Positions 14,875 to 23,290 of a stretch of 64,000 nt of DNA are shown in pieces. Position 1 is the stretch's first letter. Each line of letters starts with the position of its first letter. Source of the stretch: Actinomycetes bacterium. Its GTDB lineage: Bacteria; Actinomycetota; CALGFH01. Below the pieces are notes generated by a model. It searched no databases and was not told the DNA's origin. It was given only the letters and a program-made list of their open reading frames with translations. The position numbers were made by a program, and so were the translations under genes. The DNA is taken from positions 777 through 64,776 of the forward strand of contig DATFRI010000071.1 in the NCBI GenBank assembly GCA_035263405.1, read 5' to 3'.

Positions 14875-15273
14875 GTGGCCGGCACCCTGGAGGTCCACGT
14901 CGTCACCCCCGAGCGCGAGGTCTGGGTGGGCGAGGCGAGCATCGTGATCGCCCGGGCGTCCGACGGCGACGTCGGCATCCTGCCCGGGCACGCGCCCATG
15001 GTCGCCGCGCTCGCGGTCGGCCCGCTGTTCCTGGACGTCGACGGCCGCCGGGTCGCGGCCGCCGTCGACGGCGGGTTCATCCACGTGGTCGACGCCGGGG
15101 AGCGGACCCGCGTGGACGTGCTCGCCGAGAACGCCGAGCTGGCCGACGAGCTGGACAGCGGGTCCGCCCGCCCCTTCCAGGAGCGCGCCAGCGAGCTGCG
15201 CGGCGAGGACCGCTACGACGAGGCGCGCACCGAGCAGGCCAAGGCCGACACCCGGCAGCGGCTGAGCAGCTGA
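14875..15273 (+). CDS. atpC: F0F1 ATP synthase subunit epsilon
   Basis: A 132-aa product with an N-terminal beta-sandwich (LEVHVVTPEREVW) and a C-terminal helical hairpin. The GTG start lies 6 nt after the atpD stop. Confidence 0.9.
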   Translation: MAGTLEVHVVTPEREVWVGEASIVIARASDGDVGILPGHAPMVAALAVGPLFLDVDGRRVAAAVDGGFIHVVDAGERTRVDVLAENAELADELDSGSARPFQERASELRGEDRYDEARTEQAKADTRQRLSS

Positions 15274-15384
15274 GCCGCGCCCGACCGTCCGCCGCTCCCA
15301 CCGCGGGCGCACCCCGCCGACGCGGCCCGGCGGGGGGCGGCCGCGAAGGCCGGCGCGCGGGTGCCGGCCCACGCCCGGCGGCCG

Positions 15385-16143
15385 TCAGGGTGCCGGCGGC
15401 AGCGCGTCGACCAGCGCCGGCAGCAGCGTCCCCGCCTCGCCGCGGCAGACCACCGAAGCCACGCCGTCGAGCGGGGTGGGCTCCCGGTTGACCACGACCA
15501 GCGGGACGCCGCGGCCGGCCGCCCGCGCCGGCAGCTCGGCGGCCGGCCGGACCACCAGCGAGGAGCCGACCACCACGAACGCGTCGCAGGCCTCGGTCAG
15601 CGCCTCGGCGCGCGCCCACACGCCCGCGGGGAGGCGCTCGCCGAACGACACCGTCGCGGCCTTGAGGATGCCGCCGCAGGCGCGGCAGGGCGGGTCCTCC
15701 TCGCCGGCCTCCACGCGCGCGAGCGCCGCCGCCATCGGGGCCCGCTCGCCGCAGCGCAGGCAGACCACCACGCGGCCGGTCCCGTGCAGCTCGCAGACCA
15801 GCGCGGGATCCAGACCGGCGTCGGTGTGCAGGCCGTCGACGTTCTGGGTGATCACGCCCGCGAGCCGGCCCTGCGCGGCCAGCCGCACGCAGGCCGCGTG
15901 CGCGGCGTTGGGGCGGGCGCCGATCGCCACCAGCTCGCGGCGCAGCCGCCAGGCGAGCCGGCGCACCCCCGGGTCGGCCAGGTACCGGCGCAGGCCGAGC
16001 AGCCGCGGGTCGTACCTGGTCCACAGCCCGCCGGGTGAGCGGAAGTCCGGGATGCCGGAGTCGGTGGAGGCGCCGGCGCCGGTGAACACCACGATGCGCC
16101 GCGCCCCCGCCAGCAGGCCCGCCGCCGCCACGACCGCGCTCAT
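15385..16143 (-). CDS. cobB: NAD-dependent protein deacylase (canonical Sir2/CobB sirtuin)
   Basis: It has GAGASTDSGIPDFR, QNVDGLH and a Zn ribbon (CLRCGER...CRACGG). The cat triplet at 16141-16143 corresponds to ATG on the minus strand. Confidence 0.9.
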   Translation of the reverse strand: MSAVVAAAGLLAGARRIVVFTGAGASTDSGIPDFRSPGGLWTRYDPRLLGLRRYLADPGVRRLAWRLRRELVAIGARPNAAHAACVRLAAQGRLAGVITQNVDGLHTDAGLDPALVCELHGTGRVVVCLRCGERAPMAAALARVEAGEEDPPCRACGGILKAATVSFGERLPAGVWARAEALTEACDAFVVVGSSLVVRPAAELPARAAGRGVPLVVVNREPTPLDGVASVVCRGEAGTLLPALVDALPPAP

Positions 16144-16204
16144 CCCGCAAGCGTAGAACCTCGCGGGCCGCCGCAGCTCCGCAGGGGCTCTACAATCGCC
16201 GATC

Positions 16205-18202
16205 ATGGGTCGCTCCTGGGTCCGCCTGCCGGTCGTGCGCGCGGCGGCGGGAGCCGTCGCCGCCGCCCTGCTCCTCCTGCCCGCCGCCGGGACCGCCGCG
16301 AGCGCGGCGGCGCCACCCCGGGCCCGGGCGCCGCGGGCGCCGGTCGTGCTGCTGCTGGTGCGCTCCTGGTCGTGGGCGCAGGCGCGGCCGCTCGCCGCCG
16401 CGGCGGGGCGGCCGGTGACCGTCGGGCTGGTCTCCACGCTGCCGCCGGACGCCTCCCTCGCGTCCCGGGTGCTGTCGCTGGGCGCCGGCCGCCGCGTCGA
16501 CGCGCGCGCGCTCACGGCGGGGACCTCCCCGGCCGCGGTCGCCCGGCTGCGGGGGGACAACCCGGACGCCGAGCTGGGCGGGCTGCCGCCGGTGCGGGTC
16601 CTCGCCGACCCGGACCTGGAGCGCGCCGGCGTGCTCGGCCTCGCCGGCCCGGCGGGAACCGGGCCGGCACGGGCGGAGCCGCTCGACCCGCTGCCGCCGG
16701 ACGCCGCCGCGGCGGCCCGGACCGGGCTGCTGGTCGTCGCCGTCGGCGGGGCCGGGCGGGCGGCCGAGGTGCTGCCGCGCCTGCCGCGGGACGCGCGGGT
16801 GCTGCTGGTCGGCCTGGAGCCGGCGCCCGGCCGCGCCCGCACCGCCCCCTACGTCGAGATCGGCCGCGGGCCGGGGCTCGCGTCGTCCGCCGGGACGCGC
16901 CGCGACGGCCTGGTCGCGCTGGAGGACGTGCGCGCGGGCCTGCTCGCCGCGACCGGCGCCGACGGCGGGCCGGACCCGGTGCGCGCGCTCGACGAGCCCC
17001 ACCCGCTCGACGCGGTCGACCGCCTCGACCGCCGCGTCGGGGCGCTGGTCGCCGGGCGCACCTGGGCGATCCCCCTGCTCGCGCTGGTCGCGCTCGCGGC
17101 GGGCGCGGCGCTGCTGCCGGCGCGCACGCGGCCGGGGGCGCGGCGGGCCGCGCGGGCGCTGCTGCTGCTGACGATGGCGTTGCCGGCCGGCTACCTCGTC
17201 GCGAGCGCGGTCGCCCCCGGCTCGGCGCCCGCCTGGCTGGGCCTGGGCGCCGCGCTGGCGGTCGCGCTCGCGACGGCCGCGGGCCGCGCCCGCGACGCGG
17301 CGCCGGCCGTCCTCGGCGCCGTGCTGCTGGCGCTCGTCGCCGCCGACCTGCTCGCCGGCGGCGAGGCCCTGGCACGGCCGCTGCTCGGCGGCAGCGCGTA
17401 CGACGGCGAGCGCTTCTACGGGCTCGGCAACGGCTACTTCGCGTGCGCGCTGGCCGCGGCCGTCCTGGTGATCGCGTACCGGCCCGTCCCGCGCGGCTGG
17501 GCGGTCGCCCTGTTCGGCGCGCTCGCGGTCGTGGACGGGCTGCCCTGGCTCGGCGCCGACGTCGGCGGGGCGCTGACGGCGATGGTGACCGCCGCGGCGG
17601 CCTGGGCGCTGCTCGGCGACCGGCCCCCGCGCCCGGCTCGGCTGGCGCTGCTCGCCGCCGCCGCGCTCGCCGCCGGCGCCGCGGTCGCGTTCGGCGGCGC
17701 GCTGCTCGCGGGCGCGGGCGGCACCCACGCCGACCGCTTCGTCGACCTGGTGGCGCGCGACGGCCCGGCCGCGGCGGCGCGGGTGTTCGCGCACAAGCTG
17801 GAGGTCGACGCGCGGCTGCTGCTGGCGACGCCGTTCGGCTGGGTGGGACCGGTCGTGACCGCGGGCGTTCTGGCGGTCGCGCTGCGCGGCTGGCCGCTGC
17901 TCGGGCCGGTGCCGGAGCGCCCGCGCCGCGCGGTGCTGGTGGGCGTGGCCGGCTCGGCCGCCCTGATCCTGCTCAACGACACCGGCGTGACCGCGGCGGC
18001 CGCCAGCGGGCTGCTCCTGGCGGCGGTCCTGGCCTGGGCGGTGATGCCGGGGGACCGCTCGCCCGCGACCGGCGGCGGGCCGGGTCGCGGCAGGGTGCCC
18101 CGGCCGGCCGCTGCGGCACGCCGGCTCGACAGGGGGGCTCGGCACGCCGGGTGGACGGTCGACGCCGGAGCGCCGCAGCGGGGAGGACGGCAACGTGGCT
18201 GA
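16205..18202 (+). CDS. Ala-rich integral membrane protein of unknown family, with an N-terminal signal peptide plus a roughly 250-aa extracytoplasmic domain and eight or more TM helices
   Basis: A 665-aa ORF with consistently high GC3 over about 1.9 kb. The competing frames on both strands translate to R/P/G-rich low-complexity sequence. I recognise no motifs. The distal approximately 40 codons have weaker GC3. Confidence 0.65.
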   Translation: MGRSWVRLPVVRAAAGAVAAALLLLPAAGTAASAAAPPRARAPRAPVVLLLVRSWSWAQARPLAAAAGRPVTVGLVSTLPPDASLASRVLSLGAGRRVDARALTAGTSPAAVARLRGDNPDAELGGLPPVRVLADPDLERAGVLGLAGPAGTGPARAEPLDPLPPDAAAAARTGLLVVAVGGAGRAAEVLPRLPRDARVLLVGLEPAPGRARTAPYVEIGRGPGLASSAGTRRDGLVALEDVRAGLLAATGADGGPDPVRALDEPHPLDAVDRLDRRVGALVAGRTWAIPLLALVALAAGAALLPARTRPGARRAARALLLLTMALPAGYLVASAVAPGSAPAWLGLGAALAVALATAAGRARDAAPAVLGAVLLALVAADLLAGGEALARPLLGGSAYDGERFYGLGNGYFACALAAAVLVIAYRPVPRGWAVALFGALAVVDGLPWLGADVGGALTAMVTAAAAWALLGDRPPRPARLALLAAAALAAGAAVAFGGALLAGAGGTHADRFVDLVARDGPAAAARVFAHKLEVDARLLLATPFGWVGPVVTAGVLAVALRGWPLLGPVPERPRRAVLVGVAGSAALILLNDTGVTAAAASGLLLAAVLAWAVMPGDRSPATGGGPGRGRVPRPAAAARRLDRGARHAGWTVDAGAPQRGGRQRG

Positions 18203-19052
18203 GGAGCTGTTCGTCGTCGGCGCCGGGCTGATGGGCTCGGGGATCGCGCAGGTGGCCGCGGCCGCAGGGTACCCGGTCACGCTGCAGGACACCGACCCGG
18301 ACGCCCTGGAACGGGCGCTCGCGGCCATCCGGTCCTCGCTCGGTCGCCTGGCCGCCAAGGGCTCCATCACCGAGGAGACCCGCGCGGCGGCGCTGGAGCG
18401 CGTGGCCACGACCACCGATCCGGACGCCGGCGCCGGCACCCGCCTGGCCGTCGAGGCGGTGTTCGAGCGGCTCGACGTCAAGCAGGAGGTGTTCCGCCGG
18501 CTGGACGCGCTCGCCGCCGACGACGCCGTGCTGGCCAGCAACACCAGCGCGCTGCCGATCACCTCGATCGCCCGCGCCACCCGGCGGCCGGAGGCGGTGG
18601 TGGGCACGCACTTCTTCTCGCCGGTGCCGGTCATGGCCCTGTGCGAGCTGGTCAGGGGCCTGCACACCAGCGACGAGACGCTGCGGCGGGCGCGCGAGTT
18701 CGCGCAGGCGTGCGGCAAGACGACCGTGACCGTCCGGCGCGACGTGGCCGGGTTCGTCACCACCCGGCTGCTCACCGCCGTGGCCATGGAGGCCGCCCGG
18801 CTGGTCGAGCAGGGCGTGGTCAGCGCCGAGGAGCTGGACACCGCCTGCCGGCTCGGCTTCGCCTGGAAGATGGGCCCGCTCGCGACGATGGACCTCACCG
18901 GTCTGGACGTGCTGTGGCACGCCGGGCGGAGCATCCACGAGGAGACCGGCGATCCCAAGTTCCTGCCGCCCGAGACGGTCACGCGGATGGTCCAGGCGGG
19001 GCAGCTCGGGCGCAAGACCGGGCGCGGCTGGTTCTCCTATCCCTCACCGTGA
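18195..19052 (+). CDS. 3-hydroxyacyl-CoA / 3-hydroxybutyryl-CoA dehydrogenase
   Basis: It carries the Rossmann motif VVGAGLMGSGIA plus a HCDH C-terminal domain. The GTG start overlaps the preceding ORF by 8 nt, and a GGGAGGA Shine-Dalgarno lies upstream. Confidence 0.9.
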   Translation: MAEELFVVGAGLMGSGIAQVAAAAGYPVTLQDTDPDALERALAAIRSSLGRLAAKGSITEETRAAALERVATTTDPDAGAGTRLAVEAVFERLDVKQEVFRRLDALAADDAVLASNTSALPITSIARATRRPEAVVGTHFFSPVPVMALCELVRGLHTSDETLRRAREFAQACGKTTVTVRRDVAGFVTTRLLTAVAMEAARLVEQGVVSAEELDTACRLGFAWKMGPLATMDLTGLDVLWHAGRSIHEETGDPKFLPPETVTRMVQAGQLGRKTGRGWFSYPSP

Positions 19053-19102
19053 GGCCGCCCGTCGACCGCCCGCCCGGCGTGCCGAGCCCGCTGCCGAGCC
19101 GG

Positions 19103-19169
19103 CGTGCCGTAGTGGCCGGCCGGATCCCGACCGCAGCGACTGTTCCTTGCGGAGCGGAGGGCGGGATCC
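19103..19169. terminator. perfect 17-bp inverted repeat (gtggccggccggatccc / gggatccggccggccac) between two convergent genes
   Basis: A GC-rich stem-loop with a 33-nt loop that carries its own sub-hairpin. It lies 50 nt after the dehydrogenase stop and 36 nt after the stop of the minus-strand small ORF. Confidence 0.5.
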
Positions 19170-19204
19170 GGCCGGCCACACCGCGGTGACCAGCAGGAAG
19201 GGGA

Positions 19205-19453
19205 TCAGTGCGCAGGCCCCGACTGCCAGTTGCGGCCGAAGCGGTCGGGCCGCTCGGCCATGACCGTGCGGGCCAGCTCGTCGGGATCGCCTTCGCCCAG
19301 CCGTCCGAGCACCAGCGCCACGGCGTCCCGGCCGAGCGCACCCGGCGGCACGCTCGCCGCCGCCCAGCGGGCCAGCGCGCGCACGCTGCGGGTGCGCGCG
19401 CCCGGCAGGCGCACCGACAGGTCGCGCGCGATCGCGTCCTCGAACCGGTTCAT
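19205..19453 (-). CDS. small hypothetical protein (82 aa)
   Basis: ATG preceded by a GGGGAGG Shine-Dalgarno, with high GC3 throughout. The product MNRFEDAIARDL...NWQSGPAH is helical and acidic. I do not recognise a family. Confidence 0.55.
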   Translation of the reverse strand: MNRFEDAIARDLSVRLPGARTRSVRALARWAAASVPPGALGRDAVALVLGRLGEGDPDELARTVMAERPDRFGRNWQSGPAH

Positions 19454-19503
19454 CCCGCCTCCCCTGCGCGCCCGTGCTGACCGGTGCCAGTACACTCCCG
19501 GCC

Positions 19504-20364
19504 GTGCGCGCCGTCGACTTCCACGTCCACCTGCCCATCCCGGAATGGGTCGAGGGCAGCCTCGGCCCGTACCGCGAGTCGGCGGAGAAGCACTTCCGGT
19601 CCGCCGTGGTGCTGCGGCCGGTCGAGGAGCTGGCGGCCGCCTACGAGGCGCTCGACTGCACCGGCGTGCTGCTCGGCTGGGACGCGGAGACCGCGACCGG
19701 CCGCCCGCCGCTGGCCAACGACCTCCTCGCCGGCATCGTGGCACGCCACCCCGACCGCTTCGTGGGGTTCGCCTCGGTCGACCCGTGGAAGGGCGCCGCG
19801 GCCCTGGACGAGATGCGCCGCTGCCGCCAGGAGCTGGGTCTGGCGGGGTTCAAGTTCCACCCCTCGATGCAGGCGTTCCAGCCCGACGAGCCGCGCTGGG
19901 CGCCGCTGTTCGAGCTGGCCGCCGCCGAGCGCGCCCCCTGCCTGTTCCACACCGGGACCAGCGGGATCGGCGCGGGCACCCCCGGCGGCCAGGGGATCCG
20001 GCTGGGCTTCGCCCGGCCCGTCCACCTCGACGAGCTGGCCGCGCGCCACCCGGAGCTGCCGGTGGTGATGGCCCACTTCGGCTGGCCGTGGCACCTGGAG
20101 GCGATCGCGATCGCCCAGCACAAGGCGAACGTGTACCTGGAGCTGTCCGGGTGGGCGCCCCGGCTGGTCCCCGGCGAGGTGGTCGACGCCGCCGAGCGTG
20201 CCCTGGCCGAGCGGGTCCTGTGGGGGTCCGACACGCCGTTCCTGGATCCCGCCAGGACCCTCGACGGCTGGGCGAGGCGGCTGACGCCGGCGGCCTTCGC
20301 CCGGGTGACACGCGACAACGCCGTGCGGCTGCTGGGCCTCGGCGGCGGGCCGGTGGGCGCATGA
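19504..20364 (+). CDS. amidohydrolase-2 family metal-dependent hydrolase (TIM barrel)
   Basis: The product VDFHVHLP...HTGT...MAHFGWPW...WGSDTPF matches the family. The GTG at 19504 was chosen because the first ten codons from 19474 have poor GC3 and would crowd the divergent small gene. Confidence 0.8.
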   Translation: MRAVDFHVHLPIPEWVEGSLGPYRESAEKHFRSAVVLRPVEELAAAYEALDCTGVLLGWDAETATGRPPLANDLLAGIVARHPDRFVGFASVDPWKGAAALDEMRRCRQELGLAGFKFHPSMQAFQPDEPRWAPLFELAAAERAPCLFHTGTSGIGAGTPGGQGIRLGFARPVHLDELAARHPELPVVMAHFGWPWHLEAIAIAQHKANVYLELSGWAPRLVPGEVVDAAERALAERVLWGSDTPFLDPARTLDGWARRLTPAAFARVTRDNAVRLLGLGGGPVGA

Positions 20365-20401
20365 GCCGGCTGCTCGGCGCCCGCGCACCCCGGACGCGCC
20401 G

Positions 20402-20662
20402 GTGAGCGGGCCGGACCCCGGCTGGCGGGCGGTCGGCGGCCCGCTCGGGCTGGAATGGGTCGCCGACGGGTGGCGCCTGCGGCTGGTCCAGCCGTTCCAG
20501 GCGCGCAAGCGCTACCGCTGCCCCGGCTGCGACCAGCCGATCCTCCCCGGCACCTCGCACCTGGTCGCCTGGCCCGAAGGCCGCCCGGAGGACCGCCGCC
20601 ACTGGCACCGCCCCTGCTTCGACCGCTGGCTCGCCGGCCGGGGCGACCCCCGCCGGCGCTAG
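20402..20662 (+). CDS. small Cys/His-containing hypothetical protein (86 aa), possible zinc ribbon
   Basis: The product contains RYRCPGCDQPI...HWHRPCF. GC3 is high. Confidence 0.5.
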   Translation: MSGPDPGWRAVGGPLGLEWVADGWRLRLVQPFQARKRYRCPGCDQPILPGTSHLVAWPEGRPEDRRHWHRPCFDRWLAGRGDPRRR

Positions 20663-20704
20663 CCGGCGGCGGGTCGGGGAGGCCTCCGGGGACCGCCCGC
20701 CCCC

Positions 20705-20750
20705 GGCGCCCTTCGGCTCTGGTCGGCTGGCGCCCTTCGGCTCTGGTCGG
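20705..20750. repeat. perfect 22-nt tandem direct repeat (ggcgcccttcggctctggtcgg x2, 2-nt spacer) upstream of bioY
   Basis: The two copies are identical and are read directly from the sequence. The repeat lies in a non-coding gap. Confidence 0.9.
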
Positions 20751-20832
20751 TGGGATGCCGGGGAGGTAGGCTCCGGCCGCGCGGCAGGCCAGCGAGCGCG
20801 CAGACCACCAGCGATCCAGAGGGGGCCGATCC

Positions 20833-21459
20833 TTGTCCAGCTCCAGTGACGCCATCGGCGCGCCACGACTCGACGCCCGCAGGACGCCGCGGGTCCTCGC
20901 CGACAACCTGCCCGGGGGCCTGGTGCGGGACGTGCTCCTGGTCGCCGCGTACGCGCTGTTCGTCGGCGCCGCGGCGCAGCTGTCGGTACGGCTGGGGGAC
21001 AACCCCGTGCCGGTCACCGGGCAGACCTTCGCGGTGCTGGCCGGCGCGGCCGCGCTCGGGCCGGTGCGGGGCGTGGCCGGGATGCTGGTGTACATGGTGC
21101 TCGGCATCGCCGGGGTGCCGTGGTTCGCGCCCGGGGAGCCGGAGCGCACGGGCCTGGAGGTGCTCGGCGCGCCGAGCTTCGGCTACATCATCGGCTTCGC
21201 GGTCGCGGCGCTGCTGGTGGGCTGGCTGGCCAGGCGCGGGCTGGACCGGACCCTGCCCGGCGCCGCCGTCGCGTTCGTGCTCGGCAACCTCGTCATCTAC
21301 GCGTTCGGCGTGCCCTGGCTGATGGCCGCGACCGGCATGGACCTCGCCGCCGGCCTGGCCAACGGCGTGCGCCCGTTCCTGATCGGGGACGCGCTCAAGC
21401 TCGTGCTGGCGGCCGGGGTGCTGCGCGGCGCGTGGGCGCTGGTGTCGCCACGGGACTGA
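20833..21459 (+). CDS. bioY: BioY-family biotin transporter S component
   Basis: The block PVTGQTFAVLAGAALGPVRGVAGMLVYMVLGIAGVPWFA and the six-TM pattern fit BioY. The ORF opens with TTG at 20833. An alternative GTG start lies at 20923. Confidence 0.78.
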   Translation: MSSSSDAIGAPRLDARRTPRVLADNLPGGLVRDVLLVAAYALFVGAAAQLSVRLGDNPVPVTGQTFAVLAGAAALGPVRGVAGMLVYMVLGIAGVPWFAPGEPERTGLEVLGAPSFGYIIGFAVAALLVGWLARRGLDRTLPGAAVAFVLGNLVIYAFGVPWLMAATGMDLAAGLANGVRPFLIGDALKLVLAAGVLRGAWALVSPRD

Positions 21460-21522
21460 AGGTGTCCGCGGCGCCCTTCTTCGGGGGCGTCACCTGTGGT
21501 CAGGAGGCATCGCGGACACCTT
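21459..21522. repeat. palindromic intergenic element, copy A (aaggtgtccgcg ... cgcggacacctt)
   Basis: A 12-bp perfect inverted repeat with a nested cgccc/gggcg hairpin. It starts at the bioY stop codon. It shares the GGTGTCCGCG / CGCGGACACC core with the element at 50606-50672. Confidence 0.6.
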
Positions 21523-21628
21523 CACCGACCGCGCCCGCCGTGCCGGTCCGCCGGCGCCTTCCGGGCGGCGGGGCGCGGGAGCCCTCGACGGGTGCCGTCC
21601 GGCGCCACGCGACTATCCTCCACGCGGG

Positions 21629-22276
21629 ATGTCCGACGGGCTCGCCGCGCGCCTGCGCGCGCTGCCGTTCGCCGCCGAGGGCGCCTGGAACGGCCTGCCC
21701 GCGGCGGTGCTGCTGGCGTTCTCGCAGGCGGGCGACGACGACCTGGACGTGGTGCTGGTCCACCGCCCGGCCTCGATGCGCACCCACGCCGGCCAGATCG
21801 GGTTCCCGGGCGGCGCCGTGGACTCCGGGGACGCGGACGGCACCGCCGCGGCGCTGCGCGAGGCGCGCGAGGAGGTCGGCCTGGACCCCGGCGGCGTGGA
21901 GGTGCTCGGCACCCTCGACCACATCCCGCTGGAGGTGTCGGGCTTCGACGTCCTGCCCGTCGTCGGGCTGTGGTCGGGGCGGGAGTCCCTGCGCGGCAAC
22001 CCGGGCGAGGTGGACGGCATCCTGCGCCCGACGCTCCGCCACCTCGCCGACCCCGCCAGCCACGGGCTGATGCCCCTCACCGAGCTGGTCCCGCCCGAGC
22101 GCCTCGCGTCGCGCCGGCTGCCGCCGGGTGCCGTCAGCCCGGTGTTCCGCGTGGAGGAGCACCTGGTCTGGGGGTTCACCGCGGGCGTGCTGTCGGCGCT
22201 GCTCGGCTGGCTGGGCCTGCCGTCCCCGCCGCTGCCGCCCGGGTGGCCGCGGCCCGGGCCGGCGCCTCCGGCCTGA
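21629..22276 (+). CDS. NUDIX hydrolase (CoA pyrophosphatase-like)
   Basis: The Nudix box GQIGFPGGAVDSGDADGTAAALREAREEVGL is present. Confidence 0.8.
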   Translation: MSDGLAARLRALPFAAEGAWNGLPAAVLLAFSQAGDDDLDVVLVHRPASMRTHAGQIGFPGGAVDSGDADGTAAALREAREEVGLDPGGVEVLGTLDHIPLEVSGFDVLPVVGLWSGRESLRGNPGEVDGILRPTLRHLADPASHGLMPLTELVPPERLASRRLPPGAVSPVFRVEEHLVWGFTAGVLSALLGWLGLPSPPLPPGWPRPGPAPPA

Positions 22277-22318
22277 GGGGCGCGCCCGCGAAGCTGCAGG
22301 CTCCAGTGGAGGTCGAGC

Positions 22319-23140
22319 ATGGTTGAGCCCGTGGTCCCACCGGCGCTCGTCGACGGCGACGGCCCTCCGGTCGTGCTGGTCCACGCGTTCCCCGTGGACG
22401 GGCGGATGTGGGCGCCGCAGGTGGCCGCGCTGCGCGGGCGCTGCCGGGTGATCGTCCCCGACGTGCGCGGGTTCGGCACGGCCCGCGGGCAGCTCACCGA
22501 CCCGCTCGAGGCCGGGCTGGAGGGCTCGGCCTGGGTCGACCTGATCGCCGACGACCTCGCGCTGCTGCTCGACGAGCTGGGGCTGGAGCAGGTCACGCTC
22601 GCCGGGCTGTCCATGGGCGGCTACGTCGCGTTCGCGTTCCTGCGCCGCCACCCCGAGCGCCTGCGCGCGCTGGCCCTGGTCGACACCAAGGCGACCGCGG
22701 ACACCGAGCAGGCCGTGCGCGCGCGGCTGGACATGGCCGGGCGCGTGCTCGCCGAGGGGGTCGGGATCGTCCCGGAGCTGATGCGTCCGGCCCTGCTGGG
22801 CCGGACCACCCGCGCCGGCCGCCCGGGGGTCGTCGAGCAGGTCACCAGGCTCATCCTCGAGCAGGACCGGCGGGCGGTCGCGGCGGCGCAGCGCGGCATG
22901 GCCGGGCGCCCGGACGCGACCGGCCAGCTCGGCTCCATCCGCGTGCCCGTGCTGGTCGTCGTTGGTGCCGAGGACCAGCCGACCCCGCCGGCGGCGAGCC
23001 GGAGCATGGCCGCGGCGATCCCCGGCGCGCGGCTCGTGGAGGTGCCCGAAGCCGGGCACCTGGCCGGTCTCGAGCAGCCTGAGGAGGTCAATCGCGCCCT
23101 TTACCAGTTTGTTAGCGAACTAGGGCATTTCACGCAGTGA
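22319..23140 (+). CDS. alpha/beta-fold hydrolase
   Basis: It has the nucleophile elbow GLSMGGYVA, HAFP near the N-terminus, and a distal His in EAGHLAGLEQPEE. Confidence 0.85.
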   Translation: MVEPVVPPALVDGDGPPVVLVHAFPVDGRMWAPQVAALRGRCRVIVPDVRGFGTARGQLTDPLEAGLEGSAWVDLIADDLALLLDELGLEQVTLAGLSMGGYVAFAFLRRHPERLRALALVDTKATADTEQAVRARLDMAGRVLAEGVGIVPELMRPALLGRTTRAGRPGVVEQVTRLILEQDRRAVAAAQRGMAGRPDATGQLGSIRVPVLVVVGAEDQPTPPAASRSMAAAIPGARLVEVPEAGHLAGLEQPEEVNRALYQFVSELGHFTQ

Positions 23141-23213
23141 CAACTCGCGGTGCATGCAGTACGCTGCGTCCAGCTTCCGTTCCGGATGTGCCCCCAGCGG
23201 AACGGGTCAGATG

Positions 23214-23251
23214 CGGAAGGGGCAGGAGAGGACCGGCTCCTGCCCCTTCCG
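23214..23251. terminator. bidirectional terminator hairpin (15-bp perfect stem cggaaggggcaggag / ctcctgccccttccg)
   Basis: It lies between the convergent hydrolase and AI-2E transporter genes and is followed by the T-rich stretch tctttcctcc. A second 8-bp hairpin lies at 23177-23204. Confidence 0.6.
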
Positions 23252-23290
23252 TCTTTCCTCCTCCAGCCCTGTTCGAGCCGCCCGCCGTGC

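Noticed and set aside
15385-16143. Sir2 domain as a possible anti-phage defence module (Thoeris/DSR-like).
   Set aside because: This is a canonical CobB sirtuin with an intact Zn ribbon and NAD pocket. It has no SLOG, TIR or helicase partner and no neighbouring defence genes. I treat it as housekeeping.
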